Of a stretch of DNA of 31,509 bases, positions 1 through 8,381 are shown piece by piece. The translations under genes were made by a program, and so were the position numbers. Location: IMG/VR virus record IMGVR_UViG_3300022871_000073; one strand, 5' to 3'. Positions within the stretch are counted from its first letter, which is position 1. Each line of letters opens with the position of its first letter. The notes below the pieces were generated by a model. That model saw only the letters and a program-made list of their open reading frames with translations, made no database searches and was not told where the DNA came from. The stretch comes from a virus.

Positions 1-114
1 AACAACCATACGAAAAATAAATAAATACTACTCACTAACATAAACAATCATGGCATACTAAGAAACAGCGAAAGCAGCCAAAGCCCCAAACTTGTAGAAT
101 ACACACAAGGAGGC

Positions 115-273
115 ATGCTAATCCGCTTCGATATAAAACCAGTACAACGCGAAGAAACCACAATGTTTGAGTACAAAGAATTTTGGTTCAATTTTGAAGC
201 TACCAATATTGAAGAAGTGGTAAAAGCAGAGGGCTTTGAGTTAACAAATGAGTATAAAGATTTATTAAAATGA
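115..273 (+). CDS. small hypothetical protein (52 aa)
   Basis: ATG at 115 with AAGGAGG 5 nt upstream. Stop overlaps the next start (ATGA at 270-273), suggesting translational coupling. Confidence 0.35.
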   Translation: MLIRFDIKPVQREETTMFEYKEFWFNFEATNIEEVVKAEGFELTNEYKDLLK

Positions 274-569
274 AAATAAATGAGTACTCAAGAGAACAAA
301 TTAATACGAAAAAATCGGAGGGTGATTTTATAATTGATATGGATTTTAATACAATAGATTGGACTATTTGGAATAAATATTATGCAACCCGAAATGAATA
401 CGGGAGCGGAGTTTTGCCTATGCTTAGTATGATACAAGGCAACAAGCTAATATCAATGACTAATGATGATGAAGTCTATCCATTTAAGACAGGTTATTTG
501 TGTACTAAGGGTAAGTTTGCTCAGAAGTTTGGAACATTTGAACTAACTTGTAAAGTGCCTAAAGAGTGA
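270..569 (+). CDS. hypothetical protein (99 aa)
   Basis: ORF track; coupled to the upstream small ORF. Confidence 0.5.
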   Translation: MKINEYSREQINTKKSEGDFIIDMDFNTIDWTIWNKYYATRNEYGSGVLPMLSMIQGNKLISMTNDDEVYPFKTGYLCTKGKFAQKFGTFELTCKVPKE

Positions 570-658
570 TAGCAAAGAGTGGATTTCAGTATAAATAATT
601 TTATTGAAAAACTAAAAAAGTTCATTGATAAATAGATATATAAAATAAAAATAAATTT

Positions 659-1099
659 ATGTCCAGAGTGCCAACATTTGATGAATACTTGGTTGAAAAC
701 CGTCTAACGAGAATTTTAACTTGGCCATTCCGTGCATTGTTAAAATCACTTTTCGGCATTTCCGGTGAGGAATGGCATGTTGAACAAAAAAATAATTTAG
801 CAACATTTATACTGGCGAAAAACCAAAAATACTATACATTTTCAACGAGATTGGGAAAATCTTCAAAATTTTTATCAGGTCAAACGTTCAAGTTACGTTT
901 CAATCGTAACGCAAACAAGGCAGAAGTAAAAAAAATCAAGGAAACAATTGAAGAAAAAATTCCAAGATCAAAAGTAACACTTGAAGAAATGAACAAACAG
1001 GAAGAAGCAATGTTACGTAAGCAACATGGTGAAAATTTCGTTGATTCGGTTGGAAAAGATAAATTATTCAGACGAAATAACAAAAATGACAAAATATAA
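659..1099 (+). CDS. hypothetical protein (146 aa)
   Basis: ORF track; no motif recognised. Confidence 0.5.
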   Translation: MSRVPTFDEYLVENRLTRILTWPFRALLKSLFGISGEEWHVEQKNNLATFILAKNQKYYTFSTRLGKSSKFLSGQTFKLRFNRNANKAEVKKIKETIEEKIPRSKVTLEEMNKQEEAMLRKQHGENFVDSVGKDKLFRRNNKNDKI

Positions 1100-1356
1100 A
1101 TGAGTGTAGCAATAACATCGGTTGAAAATACAATATCTTTCACATATTCCGATACTGGTAAGGTTGTAAGTATCACATGGAGATGCTACAAATACTTGGA
1201 TATCTTTGAATGTACAATTCAATGAAGAAATAGTACTCAAAGCAGAAGATGAAGATAAAATGACACTTACTATTAATGATGATTTAAGTGGACTATTATA
1301 TCTAAGAATTGGAGTAGGTAGTAAAGTAGAGTACAGAGAATTATAACCTGATAAAG

Positions 1357-1587
1357 TTATATCCAAATTTCATGTCCACATAATTTACATTCGAATAAAT
1401 CTTCATATGGTCCTTTACAAGATAAAAGATACTGATGAACACAATTATCTTGTATCTTTTCAATGTCTCCTTCTATCCTTCGAATTTCTGCTTTCACGTC
1501 ATTTAAATCACACATTAAAGAAATTATTTCCTCATTTTCGTGGCCAACGTATCGAGTTTGCCTATTGTACGTAATTTTCCTGCTCAT
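1357..1587 (-). CDS. hypothetical small protein with C-terminal CxxCxH motif (76 aa)
   Basis: ORF track; its start overlaps the stop of the upstream gene. Confidence 0.45.
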   Translation of the reverse strand: MSRKITYNRQTRYVGHENEEIISLMCDLNDVKAEIRRIEGDIEKIQDNCVHQYLLSCKGPYEDLFECKLCGHEIWI

Positions 1588-2150
1588 TACGCTAGTTTAA
1601 ACTGTGAAAGATAATTCTTGAGAACTGCAAGTTTCTTTGCTTCCGTTAAATCTTCATGTAAAGTAAGTAACCAATTTCCAAAAGTTACTGGATACCTTTT
1701 TTCTATTTCATCCAATTCAATGGGCCCATTCTTAAACAACTCCAGGTAAGGAATTGTTTCAAGTTTAGTTTTAAAGAAATCATTGATTTTTAAAAAATCA
1801 TCATGGTTAAAAATTGGTTCATCCGCTATGAACACAAATGCGGTTAATGCATCATTCAAGTCAGGTTCCCAAAAACTTTGGACAGGAATTCCTATCTCGG
1901 TAATTTCATTCTTAATTTCTTGCATTGTACCAATTTCCGATTGAAAATTGTAATGGCAAGTATCTCCACCTTCATTCGTTGTGCCACCCGCTAAAATAAT
2001 TATTGTTTTGTAAGTTGACATCCATTCCTTAAAATTTTCATTTTCACCGAATGATAACTGGTATTCTGCAAGCGCATGCGCAACTTGGATTCCTTTCTGT
2101 ATTCCCGTTAACTGGTACGGTACAAATGCATAAAGTCGTTGTTCTCTCAT
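1587..2150 (-). CDS. hypothetical protein (187 aa)
   Basis: ORF track. N-terminal segment YAFVPYQLTGIQKGIQVAHALAEY weakly recalls PTH2-type peptidyl-tRNA hydrolases; not reliable. Confidence 0.5.
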   Translation of the reverse strand: MREQRLYAFVPYQLTGIQKGIQVAHALAEYQLSFGENENFKEWMSTYKTIIILAGGTTNEGGDTCHYNFQSEIGTMQEIKNEITEIGIPVQSFWEPDLNDALTAFVFIADEPIFNHDDFLKINDFFKTKLETIPYLELFKNGPIELDEIEKRYPVTFGNWLLTLHEDLTEAKKLAVLKNYLSQFKLA

Positions 2151-2235
2151 TTTTTTTTCTTTTTTAATTTAATAATTTAACAAAAATATCATGCGAATCC
2201 TCCAATATTTAAACGTTTATTCATATCTATCCATT

Positions 2236-2775
2236 TTAAAATGTTGTTGAATGTGAAAAACCTAATTGATTTGTTTGATAAACACGAACATTTATTTTTT
2301 CGACAACTTCAAAGTTTTCTGGGAGTATTACATTAGGAAAAATATGAAGTATCTTATCACGGTGCGCATATTTATCATTCATTATGGTAGTTGTTGACAT
2401 ATTTTCAGTATCATCTGGTTCTTGCATGTGTAACCACGGGCTAAATGGACTTTCAATCCCTGATATTTTTAATAAATAATATGTTTCATCCGTACCGTAT
2501 ACATGGTCACCAAATTTCTTAAAATTAAGACCATGTTCAATACCATCATACATTTTGTTTCTGGGATGTATATACATTTTAGTGTATATCATATCCCTAA
2601 TGTACTTTGCGTTATTGTAATGTTCACCCTCCCAAGTATAAATACATTTTCGTTCTTTTAATCCATCACCATGAAATTCATCCCAGTGATGATCCATAGT
2701 TACATATGATGGTAATATACCATGTTGTAATATAGATTTCAAGTTTCGTTCACTTGTTAAATGTAACTTATCCAT
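2236..2775 (-). CDS. hypothetical protein (179 aa)
   Basis: ORF track. Confidence 0.5.
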   Translation of the reverse strand: MDKLHLTSERNLKSILQHGILPSYVTMDHHWDEFHGDGLKERKCIYTWEGEHYNNAKYIRDMIYTKMYIHPRNKMYDGIEHGLNFKKFGDHVYGTDETYYLLKISGIESPFSPWLHMQEPDDTENMSTTTIMNDKYAHRDKILHIFPNVILPENFEVVEKINVRVYQTNQLGFSHSTTF

Positions 2776-2956
2776 CTACTCGTTCCCATGTATCCTTGAA
2801 TGCCTGAAGGTAACCATCAACATACCTTAACCGTTGAATTGTTATTTCATCTTCATCGAAAAAATTCTGCAATGAGCATTCAACATCTGTGTAATGTTTT
2901 GCTTTTTCGTAAGCAATCAATGTAAGTTCATCAATTTGTTCCTTTGTTAGTTTCAT
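2768..2956 (-). CDS. hypothetical protein (62 aa)
   Basis: ORF track; fits the minus-strand gene string. Confidence 0.4.
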   Translation of the reverse strand: MKLTKEQIDELTLIAYEKAKHYTDVECSLQNFFDEDEITIQRLRYVDGYLQAFKDTWERVDG

Positions 2957-2961
2957 TTTTT

Positions 2962-3222
2962 TTATTCAAGTGCATCCAGATCATCTTTAGTTATGTTTAA
3001 AATATTTGATTCTGATTGATCAATTACATGTCCATAATCATCAGCGTAATATTTTTCAAGGTCCTCGTGAACATGTAAGCATTCTCCCATATATTGAATT
3101 ATTGCATCTAATTTCTTATGATGTTCACAAGTGAATTCCCATTTTTGACCATTTTCAACTGGATACTTGTCCTGTAGAAACTTTTTATACAGTTTCCATT
3201 CTTTTATGAGCTTGTATTGCAT
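2962..3222 (-). CDS. hypothetical protein (86 aa)
   Basis: ORF track. Confidence 0.45.
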   Translation of the reverse strand: MQYKLIKEWKLYKKFLQDKYPVENGQKWEFTCEHHKKLDAIIQYMGECLHVHEDLEKYYADDYGHVIDQSESNILNITKDDLDALE

Positions 3223-3234
3223 TCTTTTTTATTT

Positions 3235-3840
3235 TTAAACAATTCCCAAACATTTCAAAACTTTGTACCACCATACAGACCAGAGTCTTATGACAATTTC
3301 TTTTGGTGCAACTGATTGTCCACCAAAATACGGTTCGCATCTGATGAAATGTGGAGTTTTCTTTGATGTTATTATCACACTCTTTTTTGTATCCTCATCG
3401 TACACGTATCCTTCGTAAGCTTCTGTTAACACAGTAACTCCACCTTTGTAAACTTTATCTCCCTTAATTTTCATGATATTCTTTGCCAACCAAGGTGCTT
3501 CATCATTATGCACATACAGTACAATGTCAAACCAACCTTCATTTTCAAAATCAGGTTGCCAACAAAGTCTAGCAGAATAACTATGTATCATGAATCCGGT
3601 AAATCCAACCAATTTATTCCAACCTGTCAGAGGTTTACCATCGGGTCCTTTATCAAGAGCATCTTTTGGATACCAATCCTCTTTTCTGAGATGAATCATC
3701 CTTTCCATGTTTTTTCCGAAACGTAACATGAAAGTTCTTCTGAGTACTTCTCCGTTGATCAATCCCAGTAACAATGAAATGAAAAATCTTACCTTGGATG
3801 CATTATAGTGTTGTCCCTTTTTAATCTTGTATTTTGCCAT
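3235..3840 (-). CDS. hypothetical protein (201 aa)
   Basis: ORF track. Confidence 0.55.
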   Translation of the reverse strand: MAKYKIKKGQHYNASKVRFFISLLLGLINGEVLRRTFMLRFGKNMERMIHLRKEDWYPKDALDKGPDGKPLTGWNKLVGFTGFMIHSYSARLCWQPDFENEGWFDIVLYVHNDEAPWLAKNIMKIKGDKVYKGGVTVLTEAYEGYVYDEDTKKSVIITSKKTPHFIRCEPYFGGQSVAPKEIVIRLWSVWWYKVLKCLGIV

Positions 3841-3842
3841 AT

Positions 3843-4109
3843 TTATAATTCATTTTCAAATTTTTTCTCGATTTTTGCTAAATCCTTTGTAATTTTCTTA
3901 AGATTACTAAACCAGCTACATGACATTAACACAAGGTACCTGCCATCCCATCCATCCGAATTGGACATGCATTCAACATTTTCCACTTCAAAATCAATCA
4001 TCCCGTACGACAGAATTGCTTTCACAACAGCATCCAGGAATTTCTTGTTCTTGCAAGTTACTTCAAGCTCCCAATTTTGAGCATTTGACTTTTCATCTGA
4101 TTTTAACAT
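3843..4109 (-). CDS. hypothetical protein (88 aa)
   Basis: ORF track. Confidence 0.45.
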   Translation of the reverse strand: MLKSDEKSNAQNWELEVTCKNKKFLDAVVKAILSYGMIDFEVENVECMSNSDGWDGRYLVLMSCSWFSNLKKITKDLAKIEKKFENEL

Positions 4110-4120
4110 AATTTCTTTAT

Positions 4121-4426
4121 TTACAATTTAACATCATTTAACATTCCTTTCACTTCCAAAAACTTACGTTTGATCAGTTTGTAAAAAGTCTCGTACTTAT
4201 CTGATTTCTCGTAGTATATCCTATCATTATTCTCAGAGTTATAGAGCTTTAATTCCTGTCCATCAACTTCATCCGCAATAGAAATACTTACGAATACGTA
4301 CATACCAGCCAATGTTACACTAACAATTGGTAAATTATCCAGATCATTTCGCTTGTTGTACTTTGCGAAAAGCTCATCATTTATTTTATCCACTGCGGAT
4401 ACAGCATCTATTTGATCTTCTGTCAT
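4121..4426 (-). CDS. hypothetical protein (101 aa)
   Basis: ORF track. Promoter motif 30 nt upstream. An SD-like AAGGAAGTATG is tandemly duplicated at the start. Confidence 0.5.
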   Translation of the reverse strand: MTEDQIDAVSAVDKINDELFAKYNKRNDLDNLPIVSVTLAGMYVFVSISIADEVDGQELKLYNSENNDRIYYEKSDKYETFYKLIKRKFLEVKGMLNDVKL

Positions 4427-4455
4427 ACTTCCTTCATACTTCCTTATTTATTCAT

Positions 4456-4485
4456 ATTTTATATACGAGAAAGATGAAAAGTTCA
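4456..4485 (-). promoter_or_regulatory. phage promoter-like motif (TGAACTTTTC-N10-GTATATAAAAT)
   Basis: Lies between tRNA array 1 and gene 4121-4426; matches the recurring bipartite motif. Confidence 0.5.
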
Positions 4486-4500
4486 CACCAAACAATATCT

Positions 4501-4583
4501 GTAGCCCAGGTGGACTCGAACCCACAACCCTACAAAGGGACGGGAGTTTAAGTCCCGCGCGTATAACCATATTGTGACATTGT
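4501..4583 (-). tRNA. tRNA-like element, possibly degenerate (Leu-UAA-like anticodon arm and V-arm; acceptor pairing not found)
   Basis: Anticodon stem CGGGA/TCCCG with loop CTTAAAC, V-arm hairpin CCC-TTTGTA-GGG, T-loop TTCGAGT. No pairable 5' acceptor strand found. Confidence 0.3.
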
Positions 4584-4666
4584 AACCCTGGTGGGATTCG
4601 AACCCACAAACCTTTTGGTACCTGATCCTTAATCAGGCGCGTTTTAACCAATTTCGCCACAGAGCC
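4583..4666 (-). tRNA. tRNA, class II (Leu-like; anticodon loop reads AAG)
   Basis: T-arm GTGGG-TTCGAAT-CCCAC, acceptor GGCTCTG/CAGGGTT with G.U pairs, anticodon arm CCTGA-TTAAGGA-TCAGG, V-arm ACC-AAAA-GGT. Confidence 0.45.
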
Positions 4667-4672
4667 ATTTGT

Positions 4673-4746
4673 ACACCAGGAGAGAATCAAACTCTCGAAA
4701 AACAGGGCTTAAGCCTGTTGTGTATTTCATCGTCCACCACAGGTGC
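4673..4746 (-). tRNA. tRNA (anticodon UAA, short V-loop; Leu-like)
   Basis: T-arm GAGAG-TTTGATT-CTCTC; anticodon arm ACAGG-CTTAAGC-CCTGT. Paralog of the next tRNA. Confidence 0.45.
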
Positions 4747-4754
4747 ATAAAAAA

Positions 4755-4829
4755 GTACGCTTGATCGGAATCGAACCGACGAAAGGCACGGTCTAAACGT
4801 GTTATGTATTCCAACGTCCACCACAAGCG
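4755..4829 (-). tRNA. tRNA (anticodon UAG; Leu-like)
   Basis: T-arm GTCGG-TTCGATT-CCGAT, acceptor GCGCTTG/CAAGCGT, anticodon loop TTTAGAC. Confidence 0.45.
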
Positions 4830-4838
4830 CATGAATTA

Positions 4839-4923
4839 GTAACCGAAACGGGAATCGAACCCGTACGAGCGCAATGCTCACGAGATTTTAAGTCTCGCAT
4901 GTCTACCAGTTTCATCATTCGGT
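4839..4923 (-). tRNA. tRNA-Leu(UAA), class II
   Basis: T-arm ACGGG-TTCGATT-CCCGT, anticodon arm CGAGA-CTTAAAA-TCTCG, V-arm GAGC-ATTGC-GCTC. Confidence 0.55.
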
Positions 4924-4951
4924 CATTTCATTATTTCAAAGAGCATTTTTT

Positions 4952-5024
4952 GATGTCCTACCGGGATTTGAACCCGGACTGCCAGATTCAAAATCTGACG
5001 TGTTACCAATTACACTATGGGGAC
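4952..5024 (-). tRNA. tRNA-Gln(UUG)
   Basis: T-arm CCGGG-TTCAAAT-CCCGG; anticodon arm TCAGA-TTTTGAA-TCTGG. Confidence 0.45.
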
Positions 5025-5029
5025 AATTT

Positions 5030-5100
5030 GCTGAGATATTAGGAGTCGAACCTAACTTTGCGAGTTCAAAGCCCGCCGTAAAACCGATATACTGTATCTC
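5030..5100 (-). tRNA. tRNA-Gln(UUG)-like
   Basis: T-arm TTAGG-TTCGACT-CCTAA, acceptor TGAGATA/TATCTCA, anticodon loop CTTTGAA. Confidence 0.45.
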
Positions 5101-5113
5101 AAGTTTTCAACAT

Positions 5114-5144
5114 AAAAAAACCTGGATCAAATTAATGATCCAGG
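5114..5144 (-). terminator. intrinsic terminator / attenuator hairpin upstream of tRNA array 1
   Basis: CCTGGATC-AAATTAAT-GATCCAGG followed on the minus strand by U7. Confidence 0.6.
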
Positions 5145-5177
5145 ATTTCTTAGTTTTATTTTATGACATAACTCTTC

Positions 5178-5240
5178 CTAGACCACTATTTGCAATAGTA
5201 ATTGTTGGAGTTGTAATGTTATGTTATTCATTGTTTTCAT
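5178..5240 (-). CDS. leader peptide MKTMNNITLQLQQLLLQIVV (Leu/Gln-rich)
   Basis: ATG 18 nt after the promoter TATA. Five Leu and four Gln codons. The stop codon lies inside TCTAGGA, which can pair with the terminator 5' strand TCCTGGA. Confidence 0.5.
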   Translation of the reverse strand: MKTMNNITLQLQQLLLQIVV

Positions 5241-5258
5241 GTTTATTAATTATTCTGT

Positions 5259-5288
5259 ATTATATATACTTCAAAATGAAAAAGTTTA
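5259..5288 (-). promoter_or_regulatory. phage promoter-like motif (TAAACTTTTT-N9-GTATATATAAT)
   Basis: Consensus motif upstream of the leader ORF and tRNA array 1. Confidence 0.55.
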
Positions 5289-5335
5289 TCAATTAAATGT
5301 AAATATATCAAAAATGATGATCAGTTTGACATCTA

Positions 5336-5701
5336 TTAAAAAGTATTTAAATCAAGTTTACTTCGCAAAAAATAAATTGCATCGTTGTATGCATTGAGCA
5401 CCATCCGCTCATCGGTACCAAATGATCTTGATATGATTGATCCTAATTCCTCAATTTTCTTGATATCAAATTTTGTTCCATTGACCAGAACATCCATCAC
5501 GTTCATCACAACATCGTTATCGTACTGGCGTAACACTTTACTTTCAAGCTCAAGTATAATTTTATCCTTTGATTTTTCATCCAGCTCTAATGTTGCATCC
5601 TGAACATTTTTCGAGTTTTTCTTGAGTTTTTCAATTTCTGAAGTCCAGGAATCAATCCAAGATTCATTGATAAATTCATCGAAAGATGCGTGGTTTCTCA
5701 T
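5336..5701 (-). CDS. hypothetical protein (121 aa)
   Basis: ORF track; start overlaps the upstream stop (ATGA). Confidence 0.5.
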   Translation of the reverse strand: MRNHASFDEFINESWIDSWTSEIEKLKKNSKNVQDATLELDEKSKDKIILELESKVLRQYDNDVVMNVMDVLVNGTKFDIKKIEELGSIISRSFGTDERMVLNAYNDAIYFLRSKLDLNTF

Positions 5702-6483
5702 ATTTTGTATTTTTTAACAAGTCCTTCAGCGTAATCCAGAACATCCTTGAGTTTCGATGGTTCAACATCATCCCAAAATTCAGCGTCGTTATCCGACAAG
5801 ACGTTTTCGGAATATGAATCCCAATCACTTGTAGCTTTGCTATTTTTGGATTTCCATATTTTTTGTTCCACGTTATTTATATCATCAACAAGATCATCAA
5901 CCTCATTCATGAAGTTAAATTCTTCAAATGTTGGTGTGTATTTTTGTTCAGAGATTCTCAAAGATTTCTTGAGATGTGTCCAGCTTAGTTCACCCCTTTT
6001 TTCTTTAAACCTTTGTTTTAATTTACGTTTTTCTTTCTTGTACTCCTTTCCAGTTTCCCTATATTCCGCAGCAATTTTTCTTAAACCTTCAATGTGAATT
6101 ATTTCCTTGATCTGTTTTTCTATTTTCTTTTTTTCCTTTTCAATGGTCTTGACATTCTCAATTTTCTTTTCCGATTTTTGGGTCTTTTTTTCCAGATCCA
6201 AAATCTTCTTGCGCAAAGAAATTTCATAAACAGTTTCTTTGTTTAATTCAGCCTTAAGATTTTTGCGTTTTGTGTCATTTGTTTCATCCTTGATCAATTT
6301 GTAAATTCTTATCTGCTTTTGTATTGATTGGAATAACAAACTTAAAGTTGCTCCAATTGTGAAAGCGACTGCGCCAACTGCGATATCAAGAAATTCATTG
6401 ATTTCTTGATCCTCTATTTCTTCCATTAAAATATTTAATTTTTCGTCCAGGATTGTTTCGCCCAATTGTATTTCCATGCTCAT
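5698..6483 (-). CDS. hypothetical coiled-coil protein with N-terminal hydrophobic segment (261 aa)
   Basis: K/E-rich heptad-like sequence. TATATAAAAT lies 17 nt upstream of the ATG. Confidence 0.55.
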   Translation of the reverse strand: MSMEIQLGETILDEKLNILMEEIEDQEINEFLDIAVGAVAFTIGATLSLLFQSIQKQIRIYKLIKDETNDTKRKNLKAELNKETVYEISLRKKILDLEKKTQKSEKKIENVKTIEKEKKKIEKQIKEIIHIEGLRKIAAEYRETGKEYKKEKRKLKQRFKEKRGELSWTHLKKSLRISEQKYTPTFEEFNFMNEVDDLVDDINNVEQKIWKSKNSKATSDWDSYSENVLSDNDAEFWDDVEPSKLKDVLDYAEGLVKKYKI

Positions 6484-6510
6484 ATTTTTAATTTATTTTA
6501 TATATTCCTT

Positions 6511-7005
6511 TTAGAAAAGAGATTTTGATTCTTTGTTTGTTTCGTGAATTTTGCCCAGACATTTTTCATCACGAATTCTAGTCAATTGACCAATGAATTC
6601 ATTTACTGTTAATACTGTTAATTTAGGATCGTCGTATCCAACCTGATGAAAAAGTTTAAATTCTCCTGTTGCTTTGAGGGATTTCATGAAAAATGTATTA
6701 AGTGAAAGTGCATCGAATGCTTTTGTCAATAGATCTTGATACGCTTGAGACCCTCTTGAAATTTCTTTTCCTTTCCACCACAATCGTTGGTAAAATTTCC
6801 AATTGTTACCATCCTGACCCTTGGTTTTTGCTTTTTCCCCGTACATTTTACACATTGCCATCTGTGTTTCTTTATCTTCTATCTTGAGACTTTGTAAGAA
6901 TCCTTCCATTGAATTACATTTCACATCATCCACGACGAATTTATGGTACGCAAAATTTGAAAGATAATTTGCGGGTGGATCTGCATTGTATCGTATGTCT
7001 ATCAC
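6511..7005 (-). CDS. NADAR (YbiA-like, DUF1768) domain protein
   Basis: LSNFAYHKF...SMEGFLQSLKIED matches the NADAR signature (LSNF...EhyfQa.Kf). Confidence 0.55.
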   Translation of the reverse strand: MIDIRYNADPPANYLSNFAYHKFVVDDVKCNSMEGFLQSLKIEDKETQMAMCKMYGEKAKTKGQDGNNWKFYQRLWWKGKEISRGSQAYQDLLTKAFDALSLNTFFMKSLKATGEFKLFHQVGYDDPKLTVLTVNEFIGQLTRIRDEKCLGKIHETNKESKSLF

Positions 7006-7430
7006 TTTTTATTTTGTTTTAAAAAATTCAAAGATCGGTTCTTTTGTTCCACTTTTTGCGTTAATTTAACAATGAAATCAGCATTAATATTTTCAGAATC
7101 TGTATATGATGAGGATAGATAAAAATCATTGGTTTTTCCATCCTGTTCCCATAGGATAAATTTCTTCTTCATGCTTATGTAAGTAACTTTGAATTGCTCA
7201 ATTATTTCTTTTCTTTGTAAAAGTTCTACCAAAGTTGCATGTAAAATTCCATCACCGCTTGGAATGTCAATGTAAAAAAGATCACCGTTTTTATCACTAA
7301 CAGCTCTTCCGTTGCCAGTCATTCGTTTAACAGACTTGGGATTTTTGTACATTTCCCAATCAGTTCCGGTGAAAACTCCTAGATATTCTTCTTTTAAAAA
7401 TTCTTTAAATGATATAACATGCTGTTTCAT
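7002..7430 (-). CDS. hypothetical protein (142 aa)
   Basis: ORF track; overlaps neighbours by 4 nt at each end. Confidence 0.5.
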   Translation of the reverse strand: MKQHVISFKEFLKEEYLGVFTGTDWEMYKNPKSVKRMTGNGRAVSDKNGDLFYIDIPSGDGILHATLVELLQRKEIIEQFKVTYISMKKKFILWEQDGKTNDFYLSSSYTDSENINADFIVKLTQKVEQKNRSLNFLKQNKK

Positions 7431-7433
7431 GTA

Positions 7434-7866
7434 TTATATATCCAACTCGTCAAGTGTAGTTTTAAGAATATTATATGCTGAGCCTAATCCAGCTCTATCA
7501 TCTAAAAGTATTGAGAAAAATGGTTTGTAATTATCTGGATTTTGATGTTTGTGAAGTAAAGGACTTTTATTGACGTAGTTAACATTTATGTTTAATTCAT
7601 TACAAAAAATGTATTTTTTCATTCATTACTCGAAAACTATCTGAAGTATTAACAACCGAATAAAGACACATAGTAAATCCTAAGTCTGAACACCTTGCGA
7701 GTAATTCAATTGTTGAATTTAGTTCTAATCCTTTTTTGTGATAATCAAAAATTGTGTTATCAAAATCAAAACCGATTACAAGATTCTTATGTTCTGTGTA
7801 TTCTTTCTTGAGACGTTCTATTGCAGTCCTATCATTAAGGAATGAGTTTTCTGTTGTTTTATTCAT
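7434..7866 (-). pseudogene. HAD-family 5'(3')-deoxyribonucleotidase-like gene split by a +1 frameshift at an A6 tract
   Basis: N-terminal ORF (7600-7866, true start at MNKTTEN) carries motif I FDFDNTI. C-terminal ORF (7434-7622) carries LLDDRAG, the NT5C-type motif IV. Frames differ by +1 across GAAAAAAT at about 7610. Confidence 0.5.
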
Positions 7867-7868
7867 AT

Positions 7869-7898
7869 ATTTTATATACGAAAGAATCGAAAAGTTTA
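7869..7898 (-). promoter_or_regulatory. phage promoter-like motif (TAAACTTTTC-N10-GTATATAAAAT), ATG immediately downstream
   Basis: Between tRNA array 2 and gene 7600-7866. Confidence 0.5.
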
Positions 7899-7905
7899 TT
7901 TCTTG

Positions 7906-7979
7906 AGCAGATGATGGGTCTCGAACCCACAGTCTCGACATTGGCAATGTCACGCTTTGGCCAATTAAGCTACATTTGC
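7906..7979 (-). tRNA. tRNA-Gly(GCC)
   Basis: T-arm GTGGG-TTCGAGA-CCCAT; anticodon arm TGACA-TTGCCAA-TGTCG. Confidence 0.55.
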
Positions 7980-7986
7980 AGTTTAG

Positions 7987-8059
7987 AACTCCTATCGGGA
8001 CTCGAACCCGTATCTTGGCTTTCGAAGAGCCTTATTCTATCCAATTGAACTATAAGAGC
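7987..8059 (-). tRNA. tRNA-Arg(UCG)?
   Basis: Acceptor GCTCTTA/TAGGAGT; anticodon loop CTTCGAA. Paralog of the tRNA at 8144-8216. Confidence 0.4.
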
Positions 8060-8065
8060 ATTTGG

Positions 8066-8137
8066 GGCAAAAAAAGAGGTTCGAACTCTCACCTAAAGAT
8101 TGGAAATCTCTCGTGCTACCATTAACACCATTTCTGC
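8066..8137 (-). tRNA. tRNA-Gly(UCC)
   Basis: T-arm GAGAG-TTCGAAC-CTCTT; anticodon arm AGAGA-TTTCCAA-TCTTT; D-loop AATGGTAG. Confidence 0.55.
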
Positions 8138-8143
8138 ATTTGG

Positions 8144-8216
8144 TTGTCCTACCGGGATTCGAACCCGAATCACAGCCTTCGCAGGGCCACATTCTATCCA
8201 ATTAAACTATAAGACA
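8144..8216 (-). tRNA. tRNA-Arg(GCG)?
   Basis: T-arm TCGGG-TTCGAAT-CCCGG; acceptor TGTCTTA/TAGGACA; anticodon loop CTGCGAA. Confidence 0.4.
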
Positions 8217-8222
8217 ATATTG

Positions 8223-8305
8223 AGCAGGTAGAGGTAATCGAAACCTCATCCCCTGGGTGGAAGCCAGGTATAATTTGTCTTTCGACTCCATTATACGATA
8301 CCCGC
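8223..8305 (-). tRNA. tRNA-like, atypical 83-nt (extra hairpin GTC-GAAA-GAC in the D region; anticodon unresolved)
   Basis: T-arm GAGGT-TTCGATT-ACCTC; acceptor GCGGGTA/TACCTGC; possible anticodon arm CCTGG-CTTCCAC-CCAGG. Confidence 0.35.
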
Positions 8306-8310
8306 ATTTG

Positions 8311-8381
8311 AGCTCACATAGGGATTCGAACCCCAATATCTCGGGTTGCGACCGAGTACCTTACCAATCGGACATGTGAGC
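8311..8381 (-). tRNA. tRNA-Cys(GCA)
   Basis: Acceptor GCTCACA/TGTGAGC; anticodon arm CTCGG-TCGCAAC-CCGAG. Confidence 0.55.

Noticed and set aside
880-1366. Minus-strand ORFs 880-1176 and 1064-1366
   Set aside because: They overlap and are antisense to the convergent plus-strand gene 659-1099, and they sit in the strand-switch region. Composition is low-complexity Ser/Leu-rich. Most likely spurious.
3508-4111. Plus-strand ORFs 3508-3726, 3808-4080 and 3920-4111
   Set aside because: All lie entirely inside or antisense to better minus-strand genes (3235-3840, 3843-4109). No start or promoter context.
4327-5296. ORFs 4327-4551, 4448-4690, 4644-4832, 4687-4881 and 5000-5296, including an apparent internal protein repeat
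   Set aside because: These are translations through tRNA array 1. The 'protein repeat' reflects the paralogous tRNAs at 4673-4746 and 4755-4829.
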